Notes: generated by a model not told the origin, from the letters alone. A stretch of DNA of 64,000 bases from Basidiobolus meristosporus CBS 931.73 (GCA_002104905.1 MCFE01000410.1:15839-79838), one strand, 5' to 3'. Positions 26,549 to 38,740 are shown, counted from the stretch's first letter. Made by a program: numbers and translations.

Positions 26549-26897
26549 TGTTGTAAAAATTTGTGATTGCATCTAAATACTCACCTAATTTAGTCACTTA
26601 GATTGTTACCTACATATCTTTCTGAGCTCTGACCATATTCCTTGTTGGGATCTACTTGACAAAATTTCATGTTCCAGGAACCTGATAATTTGGTGAAAAT
26701 ATTTCAAGTTGTTCAAATGGCCCCAAACTGTGTATACATGTTCTTGGGACCTTCCTACACAGATTCTATGTATATGTTATGCCAAGACCATATAGAAGTA
26801 TAAGTACTACTTTTACATTCAAAAAATCATCAAGTGAAAGCCACATAATCTACCTGCTCTCCCAATCACTTACAATATCTCCAAAACTCCTACAACA
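26549..26897 (+). mobile_element. Copia solo LTR (349 bp)
   Basis: TGTTGTA...TACAACA with perfect TSD TATGG. Confidence 0.9.
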
Positions 26898-27129
26898 TAT
26901 GGAGGGCACCTGGATGAGGAGCTATGAGTATCAAGCCTTAATAAGAAGGAAGAAGATAATGCTTTGATAGCCAGCAATAACCAGCAATGAAGGCACTCAA
27001 GACCCTTGAAAAGAAATAAGAGTCTAGCTTGCAGCCAGCACAAAGGTAGGAACCCTTGACATATTGGTGCTTCCAAAACAGAGATGATCAATCAAAAAAG
27101 CATGAATGTGAGAATGCTGTGACCACTGA

Positions 27130-27590
27130 AGATAGACCATTTGTATCTGCACTCAGTATGACAACAAGCAAGGATTCTCAGATATGGTATTTGAACTCTG
27201 GAGCATCTCAGCACTTTACACACCAAAAGGACATCTTACCCAGTATCAAGAGGTTCCAATCAAGAAGGTTTTCACAGGAGACAACAGACCACATCATGCA
27301 ATTAGATTGGTAACCGTGTAAGTAAGCCTTAGAAGTAATGAAGGGAACCATTCACTTGCCTTCAGAGAAATACTCTGTGTATCTGAAGTTGCCAAGAACC
27401 TATTATCTCTGACCAAGGCCACATCAGAAGGACTTGGTTTCAGTTTTGACAATTCCAGATACCAGATCACTGATCAAAGGCAATACTCTCAGAAATGCTG
27501 CAGCAAAAACCACGTAACCTACTTGTTCTCCCAATTGGTGCCAATCACTCCAAAACACTTATGACTGATCCAAAGTATCCATTAGCCAAA
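27130..27590 (+). pseudogene. Copia protease-region fragment
   Basis: WYLNSGASQHFT (Copia-type WxxDSGAxxH). About 27330-27480 aligns with the reverse complement of 60700-60870. Confidence 0.75.
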
Positions 27591-27766
27591 TATTGGGACT
27601 TTACCTCTCTCTCTCTCCCCCCCTTCACTTGAGCATTTACGATCAGTCAGAATATGCTGGTTCATGACTGGTTTGCTTAGGATAGAAGACACCCAATGAA
27701 ACAGCCATCAGATGTTTATTAGCAGGTCGCCAATTGAGTGGGGTAAGGTGGTGTGGCCAATGACCA

Positions 27767-30099
27767 TCAGGGTTTAAGGGAAGTCAACATTTCCAACAGG
27801 TTTTCGTGGTTCTGCTGGACCTTCTGGATCAGATCGGCCAGCTCCAGGCCGGAGATCTCCTTCCCCTTGAGGGAGTTGATGGGGTGATGGAGGGTGGAGA
27901 ATCGGGAGAGGTTCTGACGCTTCTGGTACTCCAGGTAGGTCTCCAGCTTCGTCTCCCCGTTCTCGAGTTCCACGTTCAAGGGGAGGAAACCGCGGGTGAT
28001 TTGATGGGCCATGACGTCGTTCGCATCCGATTTCAGCTGCTCGTGGAGTATGGTGTCCAGCGCCTCGAAGGAGGGGCCGACCAGGTGTCGGGATTCGTGC
28101 CAGGCTATCAACATCAGGGGGGCCCACAGTAGCACACTGAGCACCGCGTGGTTCAGCCTCGCGTAGCCCTTCTCAGACATCACGAGCGAGGTGGGGATGA
28201 TGAAGAGCACCTCGATAAGGTTCAGCGGGGCAGGGAAGGGGAACTGGTCCGGAGACTTCAGGTAGGAAAACACCTTGAACGTGAATAGGGCTAGGTACTC
28301 GCTCTCCGACTGCTCGGTGATCCGAGAGTAGGACGAGTTGAAGAGCGCCACCAAGATGTTCAGAAGCAGCACCACGGTGAAAAACAGGTAGAGGCCGAAC
28401 AGGAACGCCCCGTACACGTTGTGATACTCTTCGGCCTGGGCGAAATTCGCATCCCTAAAGAAGGATGGTCATGGTTAGTACGAGCGGTTGGTGGGAACGT
28501 ATCTCGGAACGGGGATCGCTTACGCAAGAAACGCCCTGCTCAATAGGCTGAACGTCGACAACAGCCCCAGCTCGTCGTCCTTGTCGTTGCCCCCGCCGAG
28601 CGCGTAGAAGCTTTGAAGAAACCCGATAAATCCCCAAGGCAGGAGGGAGAAGAACATGAAACTGTCCTTGATCATGGCTTGCAGTATGATGATCATGTTC
28701 CCGATGAATTTGAACCCGTCCAGCAGCGAGACCGTCTTCACCCACAGAAAGATCGCCATGATGGAGAGCAAATCGTAGGCTATGTCGTTGTACGCGTCTT
28801 TCTTGTGGGCGTGATGGACGGTCAGGGCGAGGATCCTAAACGCGAACGAGACGAAAAACACCAGGTACATCCCGATGTTGATCCAATGCCAAATGCTGTA
28901 AAGATAGAACACCCCACCCTCGTAGATCTGCGAAGAGGGAATTGGTTGGTGAGCAGCTGGCCACACAAGGGGTTCCCACACATCCTCTTACCAGTCGAAT
29001 CTCCTCGAAGATGTATCCCATGACGAAAGTGTACATCATCCACTCTAGAGGCTCGGGCCGGGTCGTTCGGTTGTTCACCACGTACGTGTACAATGCCAGG
29101 AAGCCCAAAAAGTAGACGATTCGAAGGGCATCTTGATACCTAGAAGGGCCGGTTAGTGTCCCACGCAACCCACCCGAAATTGACCGAACGGATTACTTGG
29201 GCACTTGAAGTCTCTCGGGGTTGAAGTACTGCCAAATGGATCCGGATGTGCTTTGCTCGTATGCGACAAAGTAGGTGTTTCCGTTGGAATCTTCGTTCTG
29301 TAGGATCCCTCCTTCCCATATCGTCTGGAGATGGAATAGGCTTGGTTAGTGTTCCTTCGGGGATGCCAACCGGATGCCCTTACGTTGATGCATTTCTGGA
29401 CTTCATAGTCGCTTAAGAACATGGTGGCATGGATTTCGATGGCGATTTCGATGACTATGTGAGCGTAGCATCTTCAGTCACAAGGGTTGTGCCAGCAACA
29501 AGAGAAACACTTACCACAGCTAGCACTGGAAACCTCCTCTCCTTCCGCATGGTATTTTTGAAGGAGAACATTGAAATTCAAGGTGAGTCGGTTTTGGAAG
29601 GAATGCAACCTATATTCATGGGGAGTCATGTTTGATCAAAAGGGGCGATTTTGTCCGATCGAAACCACGTCTAAACCACTTACAAATTCTTCGCCAACAC
29701 CTGGGCGGCCAGAGCTCTCTGTTGCATCAGAGAAGTCCAGGAGGCGTCTTTTTCCGCCTCGTGCTGGTATGCAGCAACACAGCGGAGAGCGCAGTAGATA
29801 ACGTGGTAAGGTTCGACTACTTCTCCGTTCTGGCCGCCAGCTAGACGGGCCAGCTGGAGGGCATATTGGACGGTGTCTTTGGTGATGATGGTGGAGTCAC
29901 ATCGGGTGATATCCTCCGGTTCGACCAGAGACGGTAGAACGCAGTTGATGAGGGAGAACAGGCCGGTGATGGTTTTACGAACTCTCTTGGCCTGACCTTG
30001 CGCGTCGTTCTCCGACAGGAACGCTGTGGTGGACTTTGCTGGCAAAAGGGGCTGTTGCTCGTCCGTCACCGAACCGGTACGGCTGTGAACATTAGACAT
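27767..30099 (-). CDS. YVC1: Yvc1/TRPY-like vacuolar TRP cation channel, 7 exons, 649 aa
   Basis: Exons 30099-29684, 29609-29515, 29454-29384, 29324-29197, 29139-28992, 28927-28524, 28454-27767, all GT-AG, totalling 1950 nt in frame. Motifs RLQVPKYQ, six hydrophobic segments, LLNILVALFNSSYSRI, FPAPLNLIE. Confidence 0.85.
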
Positions 30100-30454
30100 G
30101 TTGCTTGATTTCTTCCTCCCTTGTCTTTGCTGGAAAATGGGGGACCGCTTAAAAGTGCAGTTGACTACAAGTTTGGTTTGGGTTCAGGCCCATAACATCC
30201 TAATCGTCCTAGTCATCCAAACTTCACCCTCGACCTTGATTTCTCACCCTGCTTCACCCCACCCAGGTCTCAAAGTACGAATGTCATGGAACCTGTTTGG
30301 ATGGAGTGTTGGTCGAACATGTGTTACCTCAGTTAATTTCTGGCTTACATCACGGGCACATCACGGGCGGATATCGCGAATCAGAAGAAATCCAAATTTA
30401 TTCACAAATCAACACTATATTACAAGGAGGTAGTTGAGGCGGTGGTGGCGAGCA

Positions 30455-31593
30455 CTAGGCCCAGATCCCGATCACTGCCATCACCGCCGCACCGCACCAC
30501 AGCGCCAGGAAGCAAGCGCCCTTGAGTGTCACCGAGGATCGCATGAATACCGGGTTGTTGTGATAGTCGGTGCTCATCAGCTCCACAAACGCCATGTAGA
30601 AGAGGATCCCGGCCGACACCGAGTCGAACACTCCGTTCACCAGCAAGGCGGTGGCACCGTGTGGGTTGTAGGTGCTGTGAATCCCAACCCCGATGGCCAC
30701 TCCGGTGGGAGTGATAAGGGTGTACAACAGGGAGGACGCATACGCGAACGCACGGCTCTTTATATTCAAGTCCTCCACGCGAGCACCCAGGGCGAGCCCT
30801 TCGAAGAATTGATGGAACACGACGGCGATGAGGAGGGAGGAGAACTCGCTTCCCGAAGCCACTCCCACTGCGACCCCGATCAGCACCGAATGAAGGGCTA
30901 TTCCAAACTCCAACAGGCAGGTGGAGATCGTACGATCGATCGTTTCTCCCTCCAGCAACCCACCGTGGTGGTGATGACAACCGGACATCTCGGGGGACTT
31001 GTTCTTCTCCAGATCGGCCGAAGACTCGTCCGAGAAGTGAAACTCGGCTGAATCAGCGCCCCTCCTGGCTTGATACTTCTCGTAAATCACGCTTGCACCG
31101 TACTCGATCATCAGCAATGCCAGCGCAGACAGCATGGCAAACAATCCAGCCCACGCCTCGTAAACCTCACCGAACTCGCCGATACATGGGTTCGAGAGAC
31201 TCTCCATAGCCCCAGGGAACATATGGATGAACCCGGTGGCCAGGATGACTCCGGTGCCGAAATGTTTACCCACGGCGATGATATCCTTGCCAAGCTTGAA
31301 GTTTGGAAACGATCTGATCAGCATCGAGAAGAACGAGCCCAAAGCGCTCGTGCCCATGATGATGAAAATTGCGCCGATGTGCAGGCCTTGCTTGTAGTCG
31401 GTAAGAGGCCCGCTCAAACAGGAGTCCTCCTCTGCGTCGAGCTCTACACAAGAGATTCAGGTAAGTTCGAGTCGGAGGGAAATAGTTGTCACTGGCGCAT
31501 ACCTTGCTTCAGCAAACGCTCGGCTCTAACGGATGGGATGGTGCACCCCAGGAAGACAATAACAACAAGAGACGATAGAAAAAAATCACGCAT
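30455..31593 (-). CDS. ZIP-family zinc/iron permease (Zrt1/2-like), 2 exons, 359 aa, N-terminal signal peptide
   Basis: Exon 31593-31503 (MRDFFLSSLVVIVFLGCTIPSVRA), 59-nt GT-AG intron, exon 31443-30455. Motifs KHFGTGVILATGFIHM, His-rich loop CHHHHG, LEFGIALHSVLIG, FHQFFEGLALG. Confidence 0.93.
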
Positions 31594-32348
31594 CGTTTCC
31601 GCAAGGTGGATATCAGCAGGGCGAGGGTCTCTTTATATCGGAGCTGATTTGATGGACTTCCATATTAGGCGGTGACCACTCCTCTTGATTGGAAGCCAAC
31701 CTGATTGCTCACTTGGGACGCATGTCATGAGTGGAAAAGGACCAAAATGACAGGCGTTCATGGCATTGCACGGCTGGCTTTACATGGTCATCCACACATT
31801 GACTCTGGCACTTGTGCGAATCAGGATCTAGAGCGCAGGGTACCCCATCGGTCATGACCGGCCAATCGCCTACAAGATGGAAACAATCCCCATGTGCCAT
31901 TTTAAGCCAACATTGGCTTGGATTGTAATGGGATTTTTCGCGTGCTCGCCATTTCAGGCGGTCCAGAGAAAATTCCGCACTCGAATGGAAGAATGAATGC
32001 TTAGTTAGGATTGAGTTAATCCCTATTAGCGACCCAATGGTACGAGGCCGAGACCGGGTTCATCTTGGGAATGGTACCTTATCGGCCCCATCCACCACCA
32101 CCACATCCTTGTTCTCTATATGCGCACTCGATCTCTTAACCCAAGCGATTATAGCCAATCGCAATTTGCCCTGCATCCCGACGATTATACTGACGGGCAA
32201 TCCGTAGAATGTCGGCAGCCTTGGCCATTGTGTGCATTGACTCACTGTAGCGAGATGAATTCTCCGTAATGGAGCCAACCTTGTACCGCGCTCTATAAAT
32301 ACCCCAATCCACTCATCATGCAGAGCATCAACCCCAAGTTCTATCAAC

Positions 32349-32888
32349 ATGCGCTTCATTTCTCCTGCCATCCTTCTTTCCCTGGTCGCTGTAGCCTGGG
32401 TGGCTGCTCTTCCAACACCACAGGCACCCGATTACGACGACGAAGTGGTATACCGGCCAGGCAAAACGATCCCTTCCGAGCCATATCAGAACCTGAAGGG
32501 GTATGTTCCACCCTATCCACCAGTGAATGAACCGTCGGAAACTGAGCACACCTCAGGAGATGCAGGCATTTCTCCAAATCCGGTGCCGACCTCCGGCCAA
32601 AGTTCTGGCAGGTGCTCAGACATTAAGGCGAATCTGATTGCTGAAGGACTGCGCGCTAAAGCCATTGTTTGTATTGAAGAACTCCTGGTGATTTATCCAT
32701 TCAAGGCCATCGATGAGACCAAGCAACAGGGACCTTTCCCTGGCTTACTATCCACCCTTGGTGGTGCTGGCTCCAATAATGTGCAAGCCCATATGACCTG
32801 TGGGGCCATCCGAACTCGTCTCGAGGCCCTGGGAATCCAGTTGGAAGCGGAGATTTGTCTATCTGGATTGATCCAGATCAGGCTCTGA
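32349..32888 (+). CDS. Secreted protein, Pro-rich N-half with two C-x18-C repeats, 179 aa
   Basis: Hydrophobic signal MRFISPAILLSLVAVAWVAA; TATAAATA at 32294; AATAAA downstream (about 33022). Confidence 0.8.
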   Translation: MRFISPAILLSLVAVAWVAALPTPQAPDYDDEVVYRPGKTIPSEPYQNLKGYVPPYPPVNEPSETEHTSGDAGISPNPVPTSGQSSGRCSDIKANLIAEGLRAKAIVCIEELLVIYPFKAIDETKQQGPFPGLLSTLGGAGSNNVQAHMTCGAIRTRLEALGIQLEAEICLSGLIQIRL

Positions 32889-33412
32889 CGTGACTATTCC
32901 GGATCCACGACTCAGATTAATCGTTGATCGATTGATATACCCCTGAATTCTTTATCTATGCTTCACTATTTGAGTATGTATACCGGAACCTCATCCCAGA
33001 TCAATCAACTCACGATGGTCTAATAAAATCGCTTGTTTGAACCATTGAGCATAAAATCCAAACAACCAAGATGCGTAACATCGCTAATCCTTGTGGAAAA
33101 AAGTCTACTGGCTGACTAACCAAGCGCATCATCATTAGATGTCTTTTCGATAGACTTCTAGTATTTGTTGATACACTGGATTGTATTTGAAGCAGCTTTT
33201 TGGCACCTAGCTACTCGTATTTCTTAGCTATGTCATTAATGACCATTTACTAGGAAGTTATCTAGCCAGAGATTTGCTAATGCTGACATCAGATCTTTCA
33301 AAGTTACCCAAAAGACCACTGATATAGCACAAGGCTTTCAGGGGCTGTTCCCAAAACGTCACCATCAATATTCTTACAGACACACTCAATGTCAATTCAA
33401 AATGGTAAAATG

Positions 33413-33590
33413 GGTTGTAAGAGTTTTGGAGATATTAGAAGTGATTGGGAGGACAAGTAGATTAAGTAGTTCTCACTCAATGATTTACTGGATGTAAAAC
33501 TAGTATTTATACTTTGACATGGTCATGGCAAAACAAACACGTAGAATATGTTTAGGAAGGTCCCAAGAACACGTGTGCAAAGCTCTGGTA
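33413..33590 (-). repeat. Partial Copia LTR
   Basis: GTTGTAAGAGTTTTGGAGATATTAGAAGTGATTGGGAG...GGAAGGTCCCAAGAACACGTGTGCAAAG matches the 57580 LTR. Confidence 0.8.
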
Positions 33591-35187
33591 GGGAAACTTG
33601 GTATATATATACAGAGCTCCATTTCAGCCCAGCACCATAGGTGAATAGCATTCAATTCGTGGAGTTCCCCAAACCACTTCCAGTATTCTGTAAAGCCATG
33701 CTAAAAATAGTGGAAACTGGTGCAAATAGCGACCAAATATTGCGAGCTTCCCGTGTCCTTTTAACCGGCCAGAGAGCCATCCTTAGTAAGCTTTCCACCA
33801 GTTTACAGGAAAGGGGGGGAGGTTCAAGATGACATTTCACCCTACTTACAACCACGAGTATTTATTTGTCAATTACTGTGGATAATGCACGTAGCTAGAC
33901 TTCACAATTGAAAATGAAGGGCGTTTTATATTTTGCTTAGTTCCTGACAGAAATTTCGCCAAAATCCAAGGCCGGTTCAACAAGCCAGAGTTAGGGGTCA
34001 TATTAGAGTCCAATACCGCATGAAATTCATTGACACAGGTATGGAAAAGCCAAGCCTGGCCCGCAAGTTATGAGAAGATTCGTGTTCATGACTCATGACT
34101 CATACTCGTGGATGGGATGGAGGTCTCCAGATGAGGAAGGTAGGAGGAGTACCAGCAAAAAAATCCAAGTCAGACAATTTTACTAGCTCCAATAATGTCT
34201 CGAAGCCAAAGTGGACCAATCAGGGAGCTGACTGAAAGCATTTCTTGGGCCGCTCTTGGGTGAAGAGTTGCCAACCAAAGCTAACGCGACTGCTCAAGGT
34301 CGATCCATTGGACAGCACCATCCGGAATACACCATAGTCTCTATCGAGGCAATGGGGCTACAGTGGGAACGAATGATGCTCCAAAGTGAACCCGTCAATT
34401 GGCCAATCGACGGTGCCTTGTGGTACGGCAAGTAGTGGAGAGGATGGGTCTCTTCTTCCTTGTCGGTTGGTTACTTTACCCATTTAGCAGCAAATCAGCG
34501 ATCTTATTTGGCGTTGGAGAACGTTAGAATCGAGCCAAATATGGATGAAAATAGCATTCAGAAAACGCATCTGGCACAATGACGCATAATACTGCTGGCC
34601 CATGCAACAAACCTGGCTGCCAACAGTCTCATGAACGCCGGTTGTTATATATGGCCATCATGCAAGTCGCGTGCACCCGGGAATCTCCACCAATGCCACG
34701 CAGGGTCTCGACGAGGTCCACATCTGTAATTCAAGATCGCAATGGACGGTGCCATCGAGCCATACATCGAGGATTCGATGTGACTCATGCACGCGATCCT
34801 TCCAACGATCGTTGTGAATCAAAAAGAGGAAATCTTTCACGCCACCGAAAACAACATTCTAAACGGAATGCTCTGGTATTAGGCCATGCAGCGGTAATCC
34901 TTCGACTGGGAATAGTTACCCATATTCAGAGACAAGTGGCCAATGGTTGACATATTAACAACAACAGGCGCTTTTGGATGACGCTGATACGACTCATGTA
35001 GATCTTGCCTAAAGTCATTGGCACATCGAGATGCCAGATGACCAGAACCGCGCTGGGTCGGTGCTATTACGAAGTGAGCACTCGTCCCGGGATATGGTAT
35101 AGGTCAGTCTTTGCTCTCCACACAGATATAAATACCTGCCATCGAGCTTCAACGAGGTCTATCAAGTGCAAGCTTCTTGCAAACGAG

Positions 35188-35985
35188 ATGAAGTTTCCAT
35201 CTATTGTCGCCGCATTGACCGCCCTGGTACCCTTGAGTACTCACGCGGTCTCCATATATAATTCGCCCTTTCTTGGGGACCTTCCCCTTCCGTTCATGAG
35301 TTTCGAGAGTAATATCGAGGTCTCTGTCGGCCATGACCCAGTGAACACTTACTGGTGTACCAATGGGTTCAACCGTGGCTACATGGGTATTCAAGTTAAC
35401 TCACCAACCGAGCGTCGTGTATTGTTCTCCCTATGGAACAAGGATGCCGAGAATCTGGCCACCATTGTTGAGGTCGGAAAGAATGTGCAAACAAGTAAGT
35501 TTGGCCACGAGGGCACCGGAAGCCATGCTTGGCTGGTGCATGACTGGAAGGCTGGAGAGACGCAACGCCTCAAGGTAACCGCCGAATTCAAGGGAAATGA
35601 CACCATTTATGGTGGGTACTACTGGCTTGACAACGAATGGTACTTGATCGCCAAGATCCTGGGCCCCAATTACGGCAATGAAGGATTAGGCTATTTCTAC
35701 CAGTTCTTGGAGAACTTTGGAAAAGACACTAGTCAAACCCGTAGAGCGGTTTACAGCGGACAATGTTACCGCTTGTTGGACAATGACTTCTGTTTCCCAG
35801 CCCTCGGAACCACCATTACTCACACATGGCCCATTGACACCAGCTACGGGGCAGGACTTAATCCAAAAATGAACGGGGTCTACATGGCCATTGATGGAGA
35901 AGGAGATGGACCCGACTACAATCGTCCACCAGCCTACACCAAGTTGCAATACGACAACTGGAATCTCATCTGGCAGCCAAACTAG
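35188..35985 (+). CDS. Secreted DUF3472/DUF5077-like protein, 265 aa, intronless
   Basis: TATAAATA at 35127; signal MKFPSIVAALTALVPLSTHA; motifs GYMGIQVNSPTERRVLFSLW, FGHEGTGSH, FLENFG (family recognised from memory). Confidence 0.75.
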   Translation: MKFPSIVAALTALVPLSTHAVSIYNSPFLGDLPLPFMSFESNIEVSVGHDPVNTYWCTNGFNRGYMGIQVNSPTERRVLFSLWNKDAENLATIVEVGKNVQTSKFGHEGTGSHAWLVHDWKAGETQRLKVTAEFKGNDTIYGGYYWLDNEWYLIAKILGPNYGNEGLGYFYQFLENFGKDTSQTRRAVYSGQCYRLLDNDFCFPALGTTITHTWPIDTSYGAGLNPKMNGVYMAIDGEGDGPDYNRPPAYTKLQYDNWNLIWQPN

Positions 35986-36846
35986 ATCTATGACATGAGT
36001 AGAAGCCGAGCTGAAGTTTTGTAGAATAAAAAGAAGTACTTTAACGTTTACTGAAATCACTCCTATCGATGAAGTCAATGGTTGGTAGTTTAGCAACACA
36101 TGAATGAGGGCTTAGGCAACCACTGACATCTGGAACAACTTCTTGGCATAGAAGTGGGTCGAGAAAAGCCTAAACTGAGATACAGCTTCTGCTCAGCTCT
36201 AGTGTGCTGAATGCTAATTAATGGAGTAACTATTGAACCGATTTCAGGTATGAAAGTTTGCCTTTAGCGAAACATAATGCGTTTTGTATATGGGGCCGGG
36301 GGATGCTCATACTACCCCATGTAACGCTGTGTGACTACCAACCAACCATGGCTCATTCTTGCATGGCTAAAAATGGCCCGCTACCAAGGTTAGGCTTAGG
36401 CTGGTTAGACCCAATCCAATCATTCTCATTTCCCAAATTCTGAGGAATCGACCCACCTCAAGCGCCGGTACCGACGGGTAACCAACCTCAACTTGATTTG
36501 CGTCTATTTAACCACTTTAGCTTATCAGTTGGACCCACACGGATCGCTGATTGTGGGCTCAGGTCAGACGAAAGTGAAAAAAATCCTTAAAATGGAAGCA
36601 GAGTTGGTATATCACATCACCCTTGTCCAACCAATTTCAATTCCGAGATTCTTCGTCTCATGGATCCTGGTTATACTACTGAATAGCAACCTTCAATCAC
36701 TCAGAGCAAAATTGTAAATCGTCAATGCAATTGGGCTTCAGGTTCAAGCTTCTTTCGATCGGGAAGCAACCCAAATCCGTTGTCGCCTCAATAACCGCTT
36801 TTCTGTCTTGAGCACTCGTGCGGTTTCCGAGTTGGATTATCACCAC

Positions 36847-36934
36847 CTCCTCACAGACATTCCTAATTCTCCTCACAGACATTCCTAATTCTCCTCACAG
36901 ACATTCCTAATTCTCCTCACAGACATTCCTAATT
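36847..36934. repeat. Perfect 22-bp tandem repeat x4
   Basis: CTCCTCACAGACATTCCTAATT repeated four times with no spacers. Confidence 0.95.
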
Positions 36935-37484
36935 CACTTCAAGGTCACTCTCAACTCTGAGCCATGATATGGTATCATTTCGGGAAATTCAGCCATGTGC
37001 CTTACGTGTGCAACCAATAAAGCAATTTCCATTGATTTGCGATTCCGGGATTATGCAGCACGTGACTCATGCTCGTCCCAAACCAAATATGGGTTGGGGA
37101 GTGTGTTGACTGATGCTGGCAGATCTTGGCCGGAAGTGGTGAGCATTGCTGACTTGGATGGAATGCTTCGTGAAAGGACAATTAGCGCCATAATCATTGC
37201 CAAGACAGTATTCTAGATACACCGTTCATCAAGTATAAACTAATTCGTCGACAATTGATCACGTTTTCTTGGCTATAAGGCTAGATCTCTTTTATTACCA
37301 AACTCGCTATTCTGCCGGTCTCTAGTAAACAGTGGAGCCTTCAGCAATTTCTTGGTTTAATCTGGAGACATGAAACTCAGAAAACTAAGGCATTATGAAT
37401 ACAGATCACCTTGTCGCCGCAGCTAATAACGCTATAAATATAGACTATTGCTCACCTCAGTCCACTATCTAAACTCGCAACGCA

Positions 37485-37826
37485 ATGAAGTATCTCGCCG
37501 CCAAATCTCTCGCTGGTCTTGCCATCGTCTTAGCCGTCTCCGCCTCTGAGTACTTCCCCTTCAAGTATCCCACTCCGTGCATCACCGAGTGCTCCGTAAA
37601 GGCTGGTCAGGAGCTCATGGCCCACTACACCCAGGACTCTAGCAGCCCATACTTCATGGAGTCTCTCGGATTGCTTTGTGACTCGGAGAACCCCGACCAG
37701 GTCTCGTTCATGGTGAAGAGTGCCGAGTGTATCTTTGGTCAGTGCAATGGCTTTTCAGACATCTCAAAGTTGACGGCCCTTGAGGGGCAGATTTGTCAAT
37801 GGTATGCCGAACATCAAGAGCGTTGA
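37485..37826 (+). CDS. Small secreted 6-Cys protein, copy 1 (113 aa)
   Basis: Signal peptide; Cys 32/36/65/82/87/104; TATA upstream; AATAAA downstream. Confidence 0.92.
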   Translation: MKYLAAKSLAGLAIVLAVSASEYFPFKYPTPCITECSVKAGQELMAHYTQDSSSPYFMESLGLLCDSENPDQVSFMVKSAECIFGQCNGFSDISKLTALEGQICQWYAEHQER

Positions 37827-38740
37827 GGCTACCCACAGCCTAATTCAATGAAATAAATGCAGAAAAAGTGAACTATTGTTAATATCCGTGGTCATTTGTT
37901 GCTGCCCCACAGTTAGTGTAATATTCTACCTGCTATCTGACTGAATACTCGTTCCACGTTTTATCAATGTTGGGTGATCTTCCAGAAAAGAAGCAGACCT
38001 TCGACTTGCACTCCTTGAAGTTAAAGAGCTTTAGGACCATCTAAATTAATTCAAACCTGCAATACCTGGGCGACAAGCGCGGCATGTGTCATTGAAAAAA
38101 GTTGGGTCAGCTTTGGAAAATTGGTAATGATTCGATTTTATCAATAAATGTCAGATGCCAATGCAGTGGACATCCTGGAATGTTTTGTACATATGAAGTA
38201 GCCACTGTTCTACGAAATAGCATTAGTGATGAAGATCGCCATTTTCCAGACTATGGCTAGTTAACAAGCAACTATGCAAATCGCCTTGAAGGGACCGGCA
38301 GCACTTAACCCATTCGTGAACACTAGCCATACCGAGTCTCCAAGTCGATCAAAATTTGTATTCACTGACCATTTCATTTCAAATACATATAGTAGGCGAG
38401 CCATGAGTCAGAGTGCTCAGAAGAACTTGTGGCTTGGATAATAGGACCACTGGCATCATGGCGATTCTAGAACCCGGTTCATTGCCAAGACAATCATCTG
38501 GATGGATCTCCCATCAAACAGGGAGATTCGTCTTCAAATCACCACGTATACATAGACCCCGTGATTACCAAACATGCAGCTCTATCCGTTTCTGACTGCC
38601 AGATGAGTTCTACTCCAGCAAGCTGACTTTCGGTACTTGTCCATGGCAATGTTCCTCAGATTATAGGCCCATAAGATGTTACAACCGCTATAAATATGGG
38701 CGATCCCTCACCTCAGCTCACTATCTAAACTCGCAACGCA

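Noticed and set aside
6140-27091. Many 60-130 aa ORFs in the repeat compartment
   Set aside because: They are fragments or antisense frames of decayed transposons and LTRs, not independent genes.
27774-31675. Overlapping ORFs on both strands of the TRP and ZIP genes
   Set aside because: GC3-rich coding suppresses stops in other frames; the spliced minus-strand models explain the sequence fully.
35005-35187. 61-aa N-terminal extension of the DUF3472 ORF in the track
   Set aside because: Starts at TTG upstream of the TATA box (35127); ATG 35188 gives a clean signal peptide. The same logic applies to the GTG starts at 53569 and 55975.
36847-36934. Possible CRISPR-like array
   Set aside because: Repeats are contiguous with no spacers, the context is eukaryotic, and there are no cas genes.
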